The translations under genes and the position numbers were made by a program. Shown one piece after another: positions 53,357-63,001 of a DNA stretch of 64,000 bases (position 1 is its first letter; every line of letters starts with the position of its first letter). The stretch is taken from positions 896,001 to 960,000 of the forward strand of contig OY970166.1 in NCBI GenBank assembly GCA_963706595.1, in the 5' to 3' direction. The stretch is from an uncultured cyanobacterium. GTDB lineage: Bacteria > Cyanobacteriota > Cyanobacteriia > Cyanobacteriales > Nostocaceae. The notes beneath the pieces are model-generated. The model was not told the origin of the DNA. It saw only the letters and a program-made list of their open reading frames with translations, and did no database searches.

Positions 53357-54202
53357 CTATTTCTGATTTATTCTGGGGGTAAAAATTCCGTGTCTGGGAC
53401 TAAAGAGTAATGCTAACAGAAATAATCCTGATACTACTAAGACGATGGCGGGACCGGAGGGTAAATTGTAAAAGTAGCTGAGGTACATCCCGCTAATACT
53501 GGAAATTACCCCAATGAATGCGCCTAAAATCATGACTTGATGTAGGCGTTTAACTAAGAGATAGGCGGTTGCTCCGGGTGTGATTAACAGTGATAATACT
53601 AATATGACTCCTACGGTTTTCATGCTGGCAACTATTGTTAAGGCAATGAGCAACATGAGTCCAAAGTTTAGCCGATTGACTGGCAAACCTGCGGCTTGTG
53701 CGCCTAACGGATCAAAGGTGTAAAATAACAGTTCTTTATATAATAAGAAAATAACTATTAAAACTATAGCTGCAATAATGGCAGTGTCTCGTACTTCGTC
53801 AGATGTCACGCCGAGAATGTTGCCAAAAAGAAAGTGATTGAGGTCGATTTTTTGACTTTTTTGAATGACTGTAATTAGGGTGATACCCAAGGCAAAAAAT
53901 GCCGAAAGGACTATCCCCATTGCTGCGTCTTCTTTGATAGGCGATCGCGTTTGAATCCAGGCGATCGCCATTGTACTCACAACTCCGGCTATAAATGCGC
54001 CAAAATAGATATTTCCCCCTAACATAAAGGCGATCGCTAGTCCTGGTAAAACTGAATGGCTGATAGCATCACCCAATAATGCTAGTCTTTGCACCATCAA
54101 GTAACTACCCACAACTGCACACAGCAAGCCGACTATAATTGCGATTATGAGCGATCGCTGCATAAAGCTGTATTGCAATGGTTCAATTAATGCTTCTAAC
54201 AT
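53357..54202 (-). CDS. Mn/Zn ABC transporter permease (MntB/ZnuB-like)
   Basis: GDAISHSVLPG, EDAAMG, LFGNILG. Confidence 0.95.
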   Translation of the reverse strand: MLEALIEPLQYSFMQRSLIIAIIVGLLCAVVGSYLMVQRLALLGDAISHSVLPGLAIAFMLGGNIYFGAFIAGVVSTMAIAWIQTRSPIKEDAAMGIVLSAFFALGITLITVIQKSQKIDLNHFLFGNILGVTSDEVRDTAIIAAIVLIVIFLLYKELLFYTFDPLGAQAAGLPVNRLNFGLMLLIALTIVASMKTVGVILVLSLLITPGATAYLLVKRLHQVMILGAFIGVISSISGMYLSYFYNLPSGPAIVLVVSGLFLLALLFSPRHGIFTPRINQK

Positions 54203-54211
54203 AAATATTTA

Positions 54212-55027
54212 TTACAAAGACAAAATAATTGCAACTAATCTTTGCTCAACTTCTTGAAGATAATCTGTTAAACCTGTATTTACACCTCTTTCACGTAAAA
54301 TTTCTAAACTCGTATCTTCCCAACATTGTTTTTCCCGTTCTATATCTTCTTGTGTTAGTTTTTTAAGTACCACTTTTGTATTTCTGTTTCGTTCAGGTTC
54401 TTTCATTAAATTAGCGCGTAATCTGTGAGACTCTGTACAAGGATCAAAAGTCAAATTACTTTTAATTTCTTCTAGAAGTTTCTGTTCTTTTTGATTAGAT
54501 GGAATAAACCCATTTAAAACCCATGCTTCACGGTTTCTATCAGGTATACCAATCACAATTTCTAATTTCGGTATTTGATTAATATTTTCTAAACGTGCTT
54601 GCTCAATATCTATTTTACTATGTTCTAAACGTGCTTGCTCAAGTCCTATTTTACGCTCTGGTTCATGATCTATATCACGGATAAAGATAACGGCTTTAAT
54701 CTGTATTCGTAGTTTTTTTTGAAGAGAAAGTACAAGTTTCAGAACCTTCCTAGCTGATGCTCCATCGGCTTCTAAGGGTACACCATGACTATGATGGCCT
54801 CGATATCTTGGGACATTTAAGCCTGATGACTTAAATGATTCCACAATTTTATTAATGTTCGTCCATTCTGAATATTCTGTTCCTTCCTCTAAACCAGTCC
54901 ACTGAAAATAATATTGCAGAGTATCATCATCTAACCAATCAATTTTTTCTATCAACACGCGCTCTGCTAATTTAGTAGCAATTCTGGCATCTGCACCACT
55001 TTCACCTATAACAATAAACTCACTCAT
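54212..55027 (-). CDS. Putative TOPRIM-like partner of the ABC ATPase
   Basis: N-terminal VIGESGAD (conserved Glu) and central FIRDID (DxD), REAWVL; overlaps the ATPase stop. Confidence 0.6.
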   Translation of the reverse strand: MSEFIVIGESGADARIATKLAERVLIEKIDWLDDDTLQYYFQWTGLEEGTEYSEWTNINKIVESFKSSGLNVPRYRGHHSHGVPLEADGASARKVLKLVLSLQKKLRIQIKAVIFIRDIDHEPERKIGLEQARLEHSKIDIEQARLENINQIPKLEIVIGIPDRNREAWVLNGFIPSNQKEQKLLEEIKSNLTFDPCTESHRLRANLMKEPERNRNTKVVLKKLTQEDIEREKQCWEDTSLEILRERGVNTGLTDYLQEVEQRLVAIILSL

Positions 55028-56159
55028 TGACTTCTCCTTCTACCACCCAATCTTCCCCTTCTGCATCCCAAAATTCACCAGTTGTTAAGGTTTGTTTCGC
55101 CCATTCTACATCCGGATGTTCATCCAAACGTTTGGAAATTGTGAAACCTGAATCACTATTATTTAATATATGGACTTGATAAGGACTAATTTCATCAATA
55201 ATATAAGGAGAGTGGGTAGAAAAGATAATTTGTAAATTACGATTTTGGTCAATAATTTCTTTAAAAACAGTCATTAACTCACGTTGTGCTTGGGGATGAA
55301 GTCCTTGTTCGATATCATCTAATAACACTAAATTAGGTTGAGTAGGATTCATCAGCACAGTTAACAACCCCAAAGTTAGCATTGTTCCTTCACTAATTGC
55401 ATGGGCTGGAATCCGCTCACCTGTGTTCATATCTAACACAACTTCTTGACCTGTCATTTCCTGAGTGTCATCATAGGAAATAGACTTACCATCAACTTCA
55501 ATTAAACGTTTGCGAATGACTGCAACTTTTGCTCTCCTTATGCCAACTTTGCGTACATTTGGCACAATTCGACTTAACATTTCTTCTATTAATTGAAATT
55601 TATCTGGAGCTTCATCACGCAAAAAATCTAAAGTGGGTGCTAATCCTGAACCGTCAAACTCAACTCTAGGTGTTACATGATCACTATAAGCTGGTTTAGC
55701 AAGATTACTTGCAACTAACTTCAGGTAAACAGCATATTTTAAAGAATTCCGGATTGCATCTGGAGAATTACTTAATGATTCGTTCCATCCTTCGTCACTA
55801 TATTCTTGCTCATTTATATTATATGATGCTGTTGGATACCATCGATCATTAATGTCCTGCTTCCAAGTATAAGAAGCTTGCCAATTCTGCCGATTGGTAT
55901 AACCCCAAAAACCACTTGCAGTTACAGACATATCTGTTTCCCCAACTGTTGTAATGAAGTTAGGTGATCTTTCATATTGAAATATCCTAGCAAATGATGA
56001 ATTTTCACCAGTCAACCTACTGAGATTATGCAATGCTTGTAGCACGCTTGTTTTACCAGCACTGTTTTTTCCTACGAGTGCATGTAATCGGGAACTATCG
56101 AAATCAAGTTCTGTAGATTTATGGCTTTTGAAATTATGAAGTATTAGTTTTTCTAGCAT
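55020..56159 (-). CDS. Soluble ABC-type (AAA_21/OLD-like) ATPase
   Basis: LHNFKSH, GKNSAGKT Walker A, ISEGT signature, LLDDIEQGLHP Walker B/D-loop, STHSPY; no TM segments. Confidence 0.9.
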   Translation of the reverse strand: MLEKLILHNFKSHKSTELDFDSSRLHALVGKNSAGKTSVLQALHNLSRLTGENSSFARIFQYERSPNFITTVGETDMSVTASGFWGYTNRQNWQASYTWKQDINDRWYPTASYNINEQEYSDEGWNESLSNSPDAIRNSLKYAVYLKLVASNLAKPAYSDHVTPRVEFDGSGLAPTLDFLRDEAPDKFQLIEEMLSRIVPNVRKVGIRRAKVAVIRKRLIEVDGKSISYDDTQEMTGQEVVLDMNTGERIPAHAISEGTMLTLGLLTVLMNPTQPNLVLLDDIEQGLHPQAQRELMTVFKEIIDQNRNLQIIFSTHSPYIIDEISPYQVHILNNSDSGFTISKRLDEHPDVEWAKQTLTTGEFWDAEGEDWVVEGEVNE

Positions 56160-56269
56160 ATCTCTAAATATAAACATACTTAATATACCTGACGATGAAA
56201 TCAGGTATCTGTGTGTTTTTGACTTATACAATCATAAGTATTTATAGTAACCGCAGATATAAGAAAAAT

Positions 56270-57064
56270 TCAAGCAGCGTCATCAAAGTACATGACCTGA
56301 CCATTATAGGCACGATAGAGGTTTTGCTTTGTCAGAACTTGCTGCCGTAAACCTGTAGCGATTAATTCCCGATTTAGTAAAATTAAATCATCAAAGTGGG
56401 TGATGGATTCGCCTAAGTCGTGATTAACTACCAGGACAATTTTACCAGCCTCCGCCAGTTCATGGAAGACTTCAAAAATCACTGCTTGGGTTTTTTGGTC
56501 AATACCTACCAATGGTTCATCAAAGCAGTATATATCGGCTTGCTGTGCCAAAGCACGGGCTAAAAATACTCTTTGTTGTTGTCCCCCTGATAATTCTCCT
56601 ATGGGGCGATCGCAATGTGCAAACATTTCCACACGTTTGAGGGCATTTTTAGTTTCCTGGCGGCTAACTGCGGAAAAACTCCGTAACCAACCTGTCTTTT
56701 TTACCCTTCCCATCATCGCCACATCCCAAACTGTCGCCGGATAAGTCCAGTCAATTTGGCTACGCTGTGGGATATATGCAACTTTCTCTAATTGCTGCAT
56801 TAAAGGTTTGGTTTGATACAGGACTGTACCACTACTCAGAGGAACTAAGCCCAGCATCGCCTTCATTAAGGTACTTTTTCCCGCCCCATTCGGTCCAAAA
56901 ATCCCCGTAATTCTGCCCGGTTTGACAATACAGTTAACGTCTCTTAAAGCTTCGTCTGTCCGGTAATGCACCCCGACATGGGCAATATTAATACTTGCAG
57001 TGGTGGCTGTGAGGGTGTCTTGCATGGGGTAGACAGCGTTTAAGGGAAAATTAACAGTTCTCAT
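56270..57064 (-). CDS. Mn/Zn ABC transporter ATPase (MntA/ZnuC-like)
   Basis: GPNGAGKST, LSGGQQQRVFLARAL, DEP; start uncertain (57025 or 57064). Confidence 0.95.
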   Translation of the reverse strand: MRTVNFPLNAVYPMQDTLTATTASINIAHVGVHYRTDEALRDVNCIVKPGRITGIFGPNGAGKSTLMKAMLGLVPLSSGTVLYQTKPLMQQLEKVAYIPQRSQIDWTYPATVWDVAMMGRVKKTGWLRSFSAVSRQETKNALKRVEMFAHCDRPIGELSGGQQQRVFLARALAQQADIYCFDEPLVGIDQKTQAVIFEVFHELAEAGKIVLVVNHDLGESITHFDDLILLNRELIATGLRQQVLTKQNLYRAYNGQVMYFDDAA

Positions 57065-57152
57065 TTTGGGGAATACCAATAAAAATGAAAAGAATATGAG
57101 AATAGTGTAACCTGAAAAATGAGAAAAATATGATAACCAGTGTAACAAGTAT

Positions 57153-58130
57153 ATGAAAGCAATTACTCAGTCAAAAGCTATATCATACTGGCAAGCTGTG
57201 GTAGGAGTTTTGTTAGGAATTTCTATCGGAGGGTGTAATCAAGTAGACTCTAGCCGTATTTCTATGGAAGTAAATGACCAGCCGCAAGTAGTTGCAACTA
57301 GCACCATTATTGCTGATTTGACGGAGAAAGTTGGGGGAGAGGAAATACAGTTAACTGGTATTCTCCAACCAGGAGTTGATCCTCATGTTTATGAACCGAC
57401 ACCAGCAGATAGCCGGGTTTTAGAAACAGCCGATTTGATTTTGTATAACGGCTACAACTTAGAACCAGGACTGATTAATTTAATGAATGCGGCTGGTGAG
57501 AAGGTGCGGAAGGTAGCGGTGGGGGAAGTTGTCAAACCTTTACAGTTAGATGGATATGAAGGCAAAGTTGTCCCAGATCCTCATGTTTGGGGTAATGCAG
57601 AGAATGCGATCGCCATGACAAATGTCATCCGAGATGAGTTAATTAAATTATCCCCCGCAGACGAAGCAGAATTTACTCAAAGAGCGTCACAATTAACTCA
57701 GGAATTACAGCAGTTACATAACTGGATTAATCAACAGATTCAAACTATTCCCGCAGACAAACGCCAACTTGTGACAACTCATGATGCTTTTCAATATTAT
57801 GGTAACGCTTATGGGATTGCGATCGCCGGCACATTAATTGGAATTAGCACAGAAGAACAACCCAGCGCCCAAACAGTAACGCGGTTGGTAGAGTCAATCA
57901 AAAAAAACAGTGTCCCAGCAATTTTTGCGGAAACGACAATTAACCCAGCTTTAATTACTACCGTTGCTCAAGAAGCAGGTGTAAAATTAGCACCACGAGA
58001 ACTATACGCTGATTCCATTGGCGCAAAGGGCAGCGATGGCGATTCTTACATTAAAATGATGGAGGCTAATACCCGCACTATTGTAGAAGCATTGGGAGGC
58101 AAATATACACCATTTCAGCCTAATAATTAA
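57153..58130 (+). CDS. Mn/Zn ABC transporter substrate-binding lipoprotein (MntC/PsaA-like)
   Basis: Lipobox IGGC, DPHVYEP, DPHVW, THDAF. Confidence 0.95.
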   Translation: MKAITQSKAISYWQAVVGVLLGISIGGCNQVDSSRISMEVNDQPQVVATSTIIADLTEKVGGEEIQLTGILQPGVDPHVYEPTPADSRVLETADLILYNGYNLEPGLINLMNAAGEKVRKVAVGEVVKPLQLDGYEGKVVPDPHVWGNAENAIAMTNVIRDELIKLSPADEAEFTQRASQLTQELQQLHNWINQQIQTIPADKRQLVTTHDAFQYYGNAYGIAIAGTLIGISTEEQPSAQTVTRLVESIKKNSVPAIFAETTINPALITTVAQEAGVKLAPRELYADSIGAKGSDGDSYIKMMEANTRTIVEALGGKYTPFQPNN

Positions 58131-58228
58131 TTCAGCGTTGCTGAATTAAAATCCCAAAAATACATCTCCTCAACTCTTCCTCTCTGCGACTCTGCGCCTC
58201 TGCGTGAGATAAATTCATAACTAACAGT

Positions 58229-59272
58229 ATGGCAGATAACACTGATCAAATTGAATCATTTCGAGCCTTAGCGCTGCAAGTTAAATGTGATGCAGTTAAT
58301 TTAGCAGGCGATCGCCAAGCAACTCGGCTATTGATGCTAAACTCGATTAATCGGTTAGAGCAACAAATCGCTGCTAGTATTGCCTTCATTGGCTTTGACT
58401 GTCGTTTAATCGTCTTACCAGAATATTTCCTCACAGGTTTTCCGATGGGGGAACCTTTGGCTGTGTGGGGAGAAAAAGCCTGTCTAGAAATGGCGGGTGC
58501 TGAGTATGAAGCACTGGGTAGAATTGCTCAGAAACATCAGATATTTTTAGCTGGTAACGCCTACGAACTCGACCCAAATTTTCCGGGGTTGTACTTTCAA
58601 ACCAGCTTTGTGATTGATCCCTCTGGGTCTATTATTTTACGCTATCGACGGCTAAATTCTTTATTTGCTCCCACACCCCATGATGTTTGGGATAAATATC
58701 TAGATTGCTATGGTTTAGAGGGAGTGTTTCCCGTGGCGAAGACAGCAATTGGTAATTTAGCAGCGATCGCATCAGAAGAAATTTTATATCCAGAAGTAGC
58801 CCGTTGTCTAGCAATGCGAGGCGCAGAAATCTTTTTACATTCCACATCAGAAGTGTATGACAATACATTTACGCCTAAAGATGCAGCCAAAATTTCTCGT
58901 GCAGTGGAAAATATGGCTTATGTAGTCTCAGCCAATACGGCAGGTATAAGTAATATTCCCATTCCCGTGGCTTCGGCTGATGGTGGTTCTAAAATCATTG
59001 ATTATCGGGGAAAAGTCCTAGCACAGGCAGCTACAGGCGAGAGTATGGCAGCTTTTGCCGAAATTGACTTGGCAGCATTACGACGCGATCGCCGCCGTCC
59101 AGGGTTAAATAATTTACCTTCACGCCAGCGATTTGAACTCTACGCCCAAAGTTACAGCCAGTCACACTTTTACCCAGCCAACACCATGCTAAAGGGAGAA
59201 GTAGACCGCAAACACTTTATAGAAACGCAACAAAAAACCATTGAACGTTTAGCCACATTAGGCATAATTTAA
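58229..59272 (+). CDS. Nitrilase-superfamily (CN hydrolase fold) protein with atypical triad
   Basis: LIVLPEYF, YRRL, IASEEILYPEVAR, RAVENMAYVVSAN, GGSKIIDYRG. Confidence 0.85.
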   Translation: MADNTDQIESFRALALQVKCDAVNLAGDRQATRLLMLNSINRLEQQIAASIAFIGFDCRLIVLPEYFLTGFPMGEPLAVWGEKACLEMAGAEYEALGRIAQKHQIFLAGNAYELDPNFPGLYFQTSFVIDPSGSIILRYRRLNSLFAPTPHDVWDKYLDCYGLEGVFPVAKTAIGNLAAIASEEILYPEVARCLAMRGAEIFLHSTSEVYDNTFTPKDAAKISRAVENMAYVVSANTAGISNIPIPVASADGGSKIIDYRGKVLAQAATGESMAAFAEIDLAALRRDRRRPGLNNLPSRQRFELYAQSYSQSHFYPANTMLKGEVDRKHFIETQQKTIERLATLGII

Positions 59273-59310
59273 CTTGTAATAGGGGGATGAAACATCAAAA
59301 CTAACGACTA

Positions 59311-60729
59311 ATGAATAAACCAATCGAAATCCGTAACCCCCGAACAGGAAAATTCGACTATGTAATTCTCCCGCCACCTCCCAGGCTGTTGATACACAAA
59401 TGTAATCGCGCCCGGAGAGCGCAAATTCATTGGCAACAGATAGGTATAGAAGCGAGAATTGACGCTTTACTAGAATGGAAGCAAGCTATAGTATTTCGGC
59501 GTGAACAGTTGACAGAAGCTTTAGTATGTGATACCGGGAGACTGTCAACTTCAATATTAGAAATAGACTCTTTCCTCGCTAGCATTGACCGTTGGTGTAG
59601 GTTAGCCCCAGAATTACTAGAACCCTCAGCCAAAAATACAGCCATCCCCTTCATTACCCTGCAACAAGCATCAGTACCTTACCCCCTAGTAGGAGTAATT
59701 AGCCCGTGGAATTTTCCCCTGTTATTGTCTACAATTGATACTATTCCGGCATTATTGGCAGGTTGCGCCGTCATCGTCAAACCCAGTGAAATTGCCCCCC
59801 GCTTCGTCGCCCCACTAATTACAGCCCTGAATACCGTTCCAGATTTGCGTGACGTATTAAGTTTTGCTGAAGGAGCCGGTGAAACAGGTGCTACCCTGAT
59901 AGAAAATGTAGATTTAGTCTGCTTTACAGGCAGTGTCGCCACAGGCAGAAAAGTAGCAGAAGCCGCAGCGAGAAGGTTTATTCCCGCCTTTTTAGAATTA
60001 GGTGGAAAAGACCCCGCCATTGTTTTAGAATCAGCCGATTTAGAATTAGCCACCTCAGCAATTTTGTGGGGTTCAGTCGTCAATACTGGACAATCGTGCC
60101 TTTCAATTGAGAGAATTTACGTCGCCGAATCGATATTTGAAGAATTTTATCATCAACTCGTAGCCAAAGCCCATCGTTTGCAGTTAGCCCATCCCAGAGT
60201 TGACAGTGGAGACATTGGCCCCATCATTGCCGAAAAACAAGCCGCAATTATTCACGACCATCTTCTAGATGCAGTCGAAAAGGGCGCATTAATCCATTGT
60301 GGCGGTAAAGTAGAACAATTAGGTGGGGGTTGGTGGTGTCGTCCCACAGTTATCACCCAAGTCAACCATTCCATGAAAGTGATGACAGAAGAAACTTTTG
60401 GTCCCATCATGCCAGTCATGCCATTTCCCACAGTAGAGGAAGCGGTATACTTAGCAAATGACTCTATATATGGACTGAGTGCTGCGGTGTTTGCCGAAAC
60501 AGAAGCAGAAGCCCTAGCAGTGGCTGACCAAATCGATGCAGGTGCTATCAGTATCAACGATGCCGCGTTGACTGCCATCATGTACGAAGGAGAAAAGAAT
60601 TCCTTTAAATTCTCCGGTCTTGGTGGGTCACGCATGGGACCAGCGTCAATCAAACGCTTCCTGCGAAAAAAAGCATTTTTGATTAAGAATAACTATAGTA
60701 ATGACCCTTGGTGGTTTAATAACCAGTGA
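59311..60729 (+). CDS. Aldehyde dehydrogenase
   Basis: ISPWNFP, FTGS, LELGGKDP, TGQSC, EETFGP. Confidence 0.96.
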   Translation: MNKPIEIRNPRTGKFDYVILPPPPRLLIHKCNRARRAQIHWQQIGIEARIDALLEWKQAIVFRREQLTEALVCDTGRLSTSILEIDSFLASIDRWCRLAPELLEPSAKNTAIPFITLQQASVPYPLVGVISPWNFPLLLSTIDTIPALLAGCAVIVKPSEIAPRFVAPLITALNTVPDLRDVLSFAEGAGETGATLIENVDLVCFTGSVATGRKVAEAAARRFIPAFLELGGKDPAIVLESADLELATSAILWGSVVNTGQSCLSIERIYVAESIFEEFYHQLVAKAHRLQLAHPRVDSGDIGPIIAEKQAAIIHDHLLDAVEKGALIHCGGKVEQLGGGWWCRPTVITQVNHSMKVMTEETFGPIMPVMPFPTVEEAVYLANDSIYGLSAAVFAETEAEALAVADQIDAGAISINDAALTAIMYEGEKNSFKFSGLGGSRMGPASIKRFLRKKAFLIKNNYSNDPWWFNNQ

Positions 60730-60769
60730 AATAAATCCCTAGTCAAGCCCACAATAGAGGAAATGTCAA

Positions 60770-61213
60770 ATGTCTATCATTAAAGTAGAAATGCCCGTAA
60801 TGGCACGTCATGAAGGAGAATGGTCAGGTGCTTATACATTGGTGGATACAGAAGGAAAAATTTTAGATAAATACACTTCTCATTTAAGCTGCAAATTTAT
60901 CGAAAACCCTCCCTTTTCCTACTACCAAACAAATCGCTATCAATGGCCTGATGGTAGACAAGAAGAACATCTTTTTCCGGGAATATATCGGGATAAAAAA
61001 GTATGGTTTGACACCGAACGCCTTGATGGTTATGCCTGGGAAGTAGACGATACCACAATTATGTTCCGTTTCGCATTTAAAGGAATGCCCGACGCATATT
61101 TATATGAAACAATTTTTCTAAGTCCTTGTAATAACTTTCGCTTCCGCACCTGGCATTGGTTCAAAAATCATCAAGTCTACCAACGCACCTTAGTACAAGA
61201 ACAGCGAATATGA
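60770..61213 (+). CDS. Small beta-barrel protein (DUF3598/calycin-like)
   Basis: HEGEWSGAY (GxW), beta-rich; GAGG RBS. Confidence 0.6.
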   Translation: MSIIKVEMPVMARHEGEWSGAYTLVDTEGKILDKYTSHLSCKFIENPPFSYYQTNRYQWPDGRQEEHLFPGIYRDKKVWFDTERLDGYAWEVDDTTIMFRFAFKGMPDAYLYETIFLSPCNNFRFRTWHWFKNHQVYQRTLVQEQRI

Positions 61214-61440
61214 TTTTTATATAAATTATTGTGTTTATGGTGCATTAAACTTCGTGAATGTGCCGTTACAAGTAAATTAAAATTGCATATTTCTACCTCT
61301 TTCCTCCACCTTCATCCTCCTTCCTACTTCTTCTCTTGGCGCACTTGGCGACTTGGCGGTTCGTTCCTCATAAATTTTCTTATTCATCCCAGAAGCGCTA
61401 TAATTTAAACTCTCAAACTCATAATTAACAAATTAAAAAC

Positions 61441-62829
61441 ATGGCAAAAAGTGACAAAATCAACTTTTCAACACCCAGTGGATTTCCCGAATTTCTCCCC
61501 AGTGAAAAACGCTTAGAAGTATACTTATTAGATAATATTCGCAGAGTATTTGAAAGCTACGGATTTACACCCATAGAAACCCCGGCAGTCGAACGCTTAG
61601 AAGTTCTCCAAGCCAAGGGAAATCAAGGCGATAATATCATTTATGGTATTGAACCAATATTACCACCAAATCGGCTAGCAGAAAAAGAAAAAGCAGGCGA
61701 AACAGGTTCAGAAGCGAGAGCATTAAAATTTGATCAAACTGTGCCTTTAGCAGCTTATATTGCGCGTCATTTAAATGAATTAACTTTTCCTTTTGCGCGT
61801 TACCAAACCGATGTAGTTTTTCGGGGAGAACGGGCAAAAGATGGGCGTTTTCGTCAGTTCCGTCAGTGCGACATTGATGTAGTGGCTCGTCGTGAACTCA
61901 GTTTACTCTATGATGCTCAAATGCCAGCAATCATCACCGAAATCTTTGAAGCTGTAAATATTGGGGATTTTCTGATTCGGATAAATAATCGTAAGATTCT
62001 CACAGGGTTTTTCCAATCTGTGGGAATTGCAGAAACTAAAATTAAAGCTTGTATTGGTATTATTGATAATTTGGAAAAAATTGGGGAAGCTAAAGTTAAG
62101 CAAGCGTTAGAATTAGAAGGTATTATCGCTGAACAAACTCAAAAAATTATTGATTTTATTAGCATAAATGGTACAGTTGATCATGTCTTAGATAAACTCA
62201 AACATTTGGCTGAAAACCTCCCAGAGGCGGAACAATTCAATCTGGGAGTAACTGAGTTAGCAACTGTGATTACAGGTGTTCGTGATTTGGGAGTATCTGA
62301 AAATCGGTTTTGTATTGATTTATCTATTGCTCGTGGTTTGGATTATTATACGGGTACAGTTTACGAAACAACTTTATTAGGACATGAAGCTTTAGGAAGC
62401 ATTTGTTCTGGGGGCAGATATGAAGAATTGGTTGGGACTTTTTTAGGCGAGAAAATGCCAGGTGTGGGTATTTCTATTGGCTTAACTCGGTTAATTAGCC
62501 GCTTGCTAAAAGCTGGTATTCTTAATACTTTGTCTGCGACACCAGCGCAGGTGATGGTGGTGAATATGCAAGCAGATTTGATGCCTATTTATTTAAATGT
62601 ATCTCAAAATTTGCGTCGGGCTGGACTTAATGTTGTGACTAATTTTGATAAACGCCCTTTGGGTAAGCAATTCCAACTGGCTGATAAACAAGGAATTCAA
62701 TTCTGCGTAATTATTGGTTCTGATGAAGCAGCAGCACAAAAGTCATCTCTTAAAGATTTAAAGTCAGGTGAGCAAATTGAAGTTACATTGGAAGACTTGG
62801 CTGGGGAAATTAAAAATAGGCTTGGGTAA
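61441..62829 (+). CDS. hisS: Histidine--tRNA ligase
   Basis: FRGER..DGRFRQFRQCDID, ARGLDYYTG, GGRY. Confidence 0.97.
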   Translation: MAKSDKINFSTPSGFPEFLPSEKRLEVYLLDNIRRVFESYGFTPIETPAVERLEVLQAKGNQGDNIIYGIEPILPPNRLAEKEKAGETGSEARALKFDQTVPLAAYIARHLNELTFPFARYQTDVVFRGERAKDGRFRQFRQCDIDVVARRELSLLYDAQMPAIITEIFEAVNIGDFLIRINNRKILTGFFQSVGIAETKIKACIGIIDNLEKIGEAKVKQALELEGIIAEQTQKIIDFISINGTVDHVLDKLKHLAENLPEAEQFNLGVTELATVITGVRDLGVSENRFCIDLSIARGLDYYTGTVYETTLLGHEALGSICSGGRYEELVGTFLGEKMPGVGISIGLTRLISRLLKAGILNTLSATPAQVMVVNMQADLMPIYLNVSQNLRRAGLNVVTNFDKRPLGKQFQLADKQGIQFCVIIGSDEAAAQKSSLKDLKSGEQIEVTLEDLAGEIKNRLG

Positions 62830-63001
62830 ATGAAATCTTTTTTGTTTCACGCAAAGGCGCAAAGGCGCAAAGGAAGAATAAGGAATGCGGATTTAGTAAA
62901 ATACATAACCTCACCCCCAACCCCTCTCCTTACTAAGGAGAGGGGAGATTTTGACGCAAGTTAAAGGCGTGGTTTTTTACAAGGATATTGTATTAAGTTT
63001 T

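Noticed and set aside
59427..60653. Antisense ORFs within the ALDH, and similar ones in ligA, truB, chlI and rplU
   Set aside because: Shadow frames of well-supported genes with no recognisable motifs
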